Origin: Camelus dromedarius
Lineage: Eukaryota
Reading direction: 5' to 3'
Length of the DNA: 64,000 nucleotides
Assembly: GCF_036321535.1 (NCBI RefSeq)
Contig: NC_087437.1
Location: forward strand, 79,176,001-79,240,000
Under the pieces are notes generated by a model. It made no database searches. It was not told where the DNA came from and saw only the letters and a program-made list of their open reading frames with translations. Below are positions 63,961-64,000 of the stretch, piece after piece (the first letter of the stretch is position 1; the number at the start of each line of letters is the position of its first letter). The position numbers were made by a program, and so were the translations under genes.

Positions 63961-64000
63961 GTCTCTCTCTTTCCGTGTCTCTGTCTCTGCCCGTGTCTCT

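Noticed and set aside
1..64000. Prokaryotic or phage systems, CRISPR arrays, operons, rRNA
   Set aside because: The sequence is mammalian repeat-rich DNA. I saw no regularly spaced repeat-spacer array, dense ORFs or rRNA-like sequence.
1..64000. CpG-island promoter
   Set aside because: CpG is depleted throughout and there is no extended GC-rich segment.

Overview
AT-rich, CpG-depleted eutherian genomic DNA, most likely camelid (alpaca, llama or camel). The basis is a tRNA-Ala-derived SINE with the Vic-1 layout at about 35.2 kb, plus young artiodactyl-type L1 3' ends. The window is largely interspersed repeats: L1, L2, MIR, MaLR/ERVL/ERV1 solo LTRs, hAT and Tigger DNA transposons, and microsatellites. 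Several insertions have readable target-site duplications (TSDs) and some are nested. The only long, real coding ORF is the C-terminal part of L1 ORF2p (46660-47511, minus). I cannot name a cellular gene, and I see no CpG island or promoter. Weak splice-site-flanked exon candidates occur on both strands; the best is a possible minus-strand last exon at 29088-29155 followed by UTR-like sequence. There is also a repeat-free, enhancer-like block at about 26.4-27.3 kb and a few hairpins and micro-duplications. I found no well-supported novel biological system. Repeat family names come from recalled consensus sequences and need RepeatMasker/Dfam confirmation; boundaries of old repeats are approximate.
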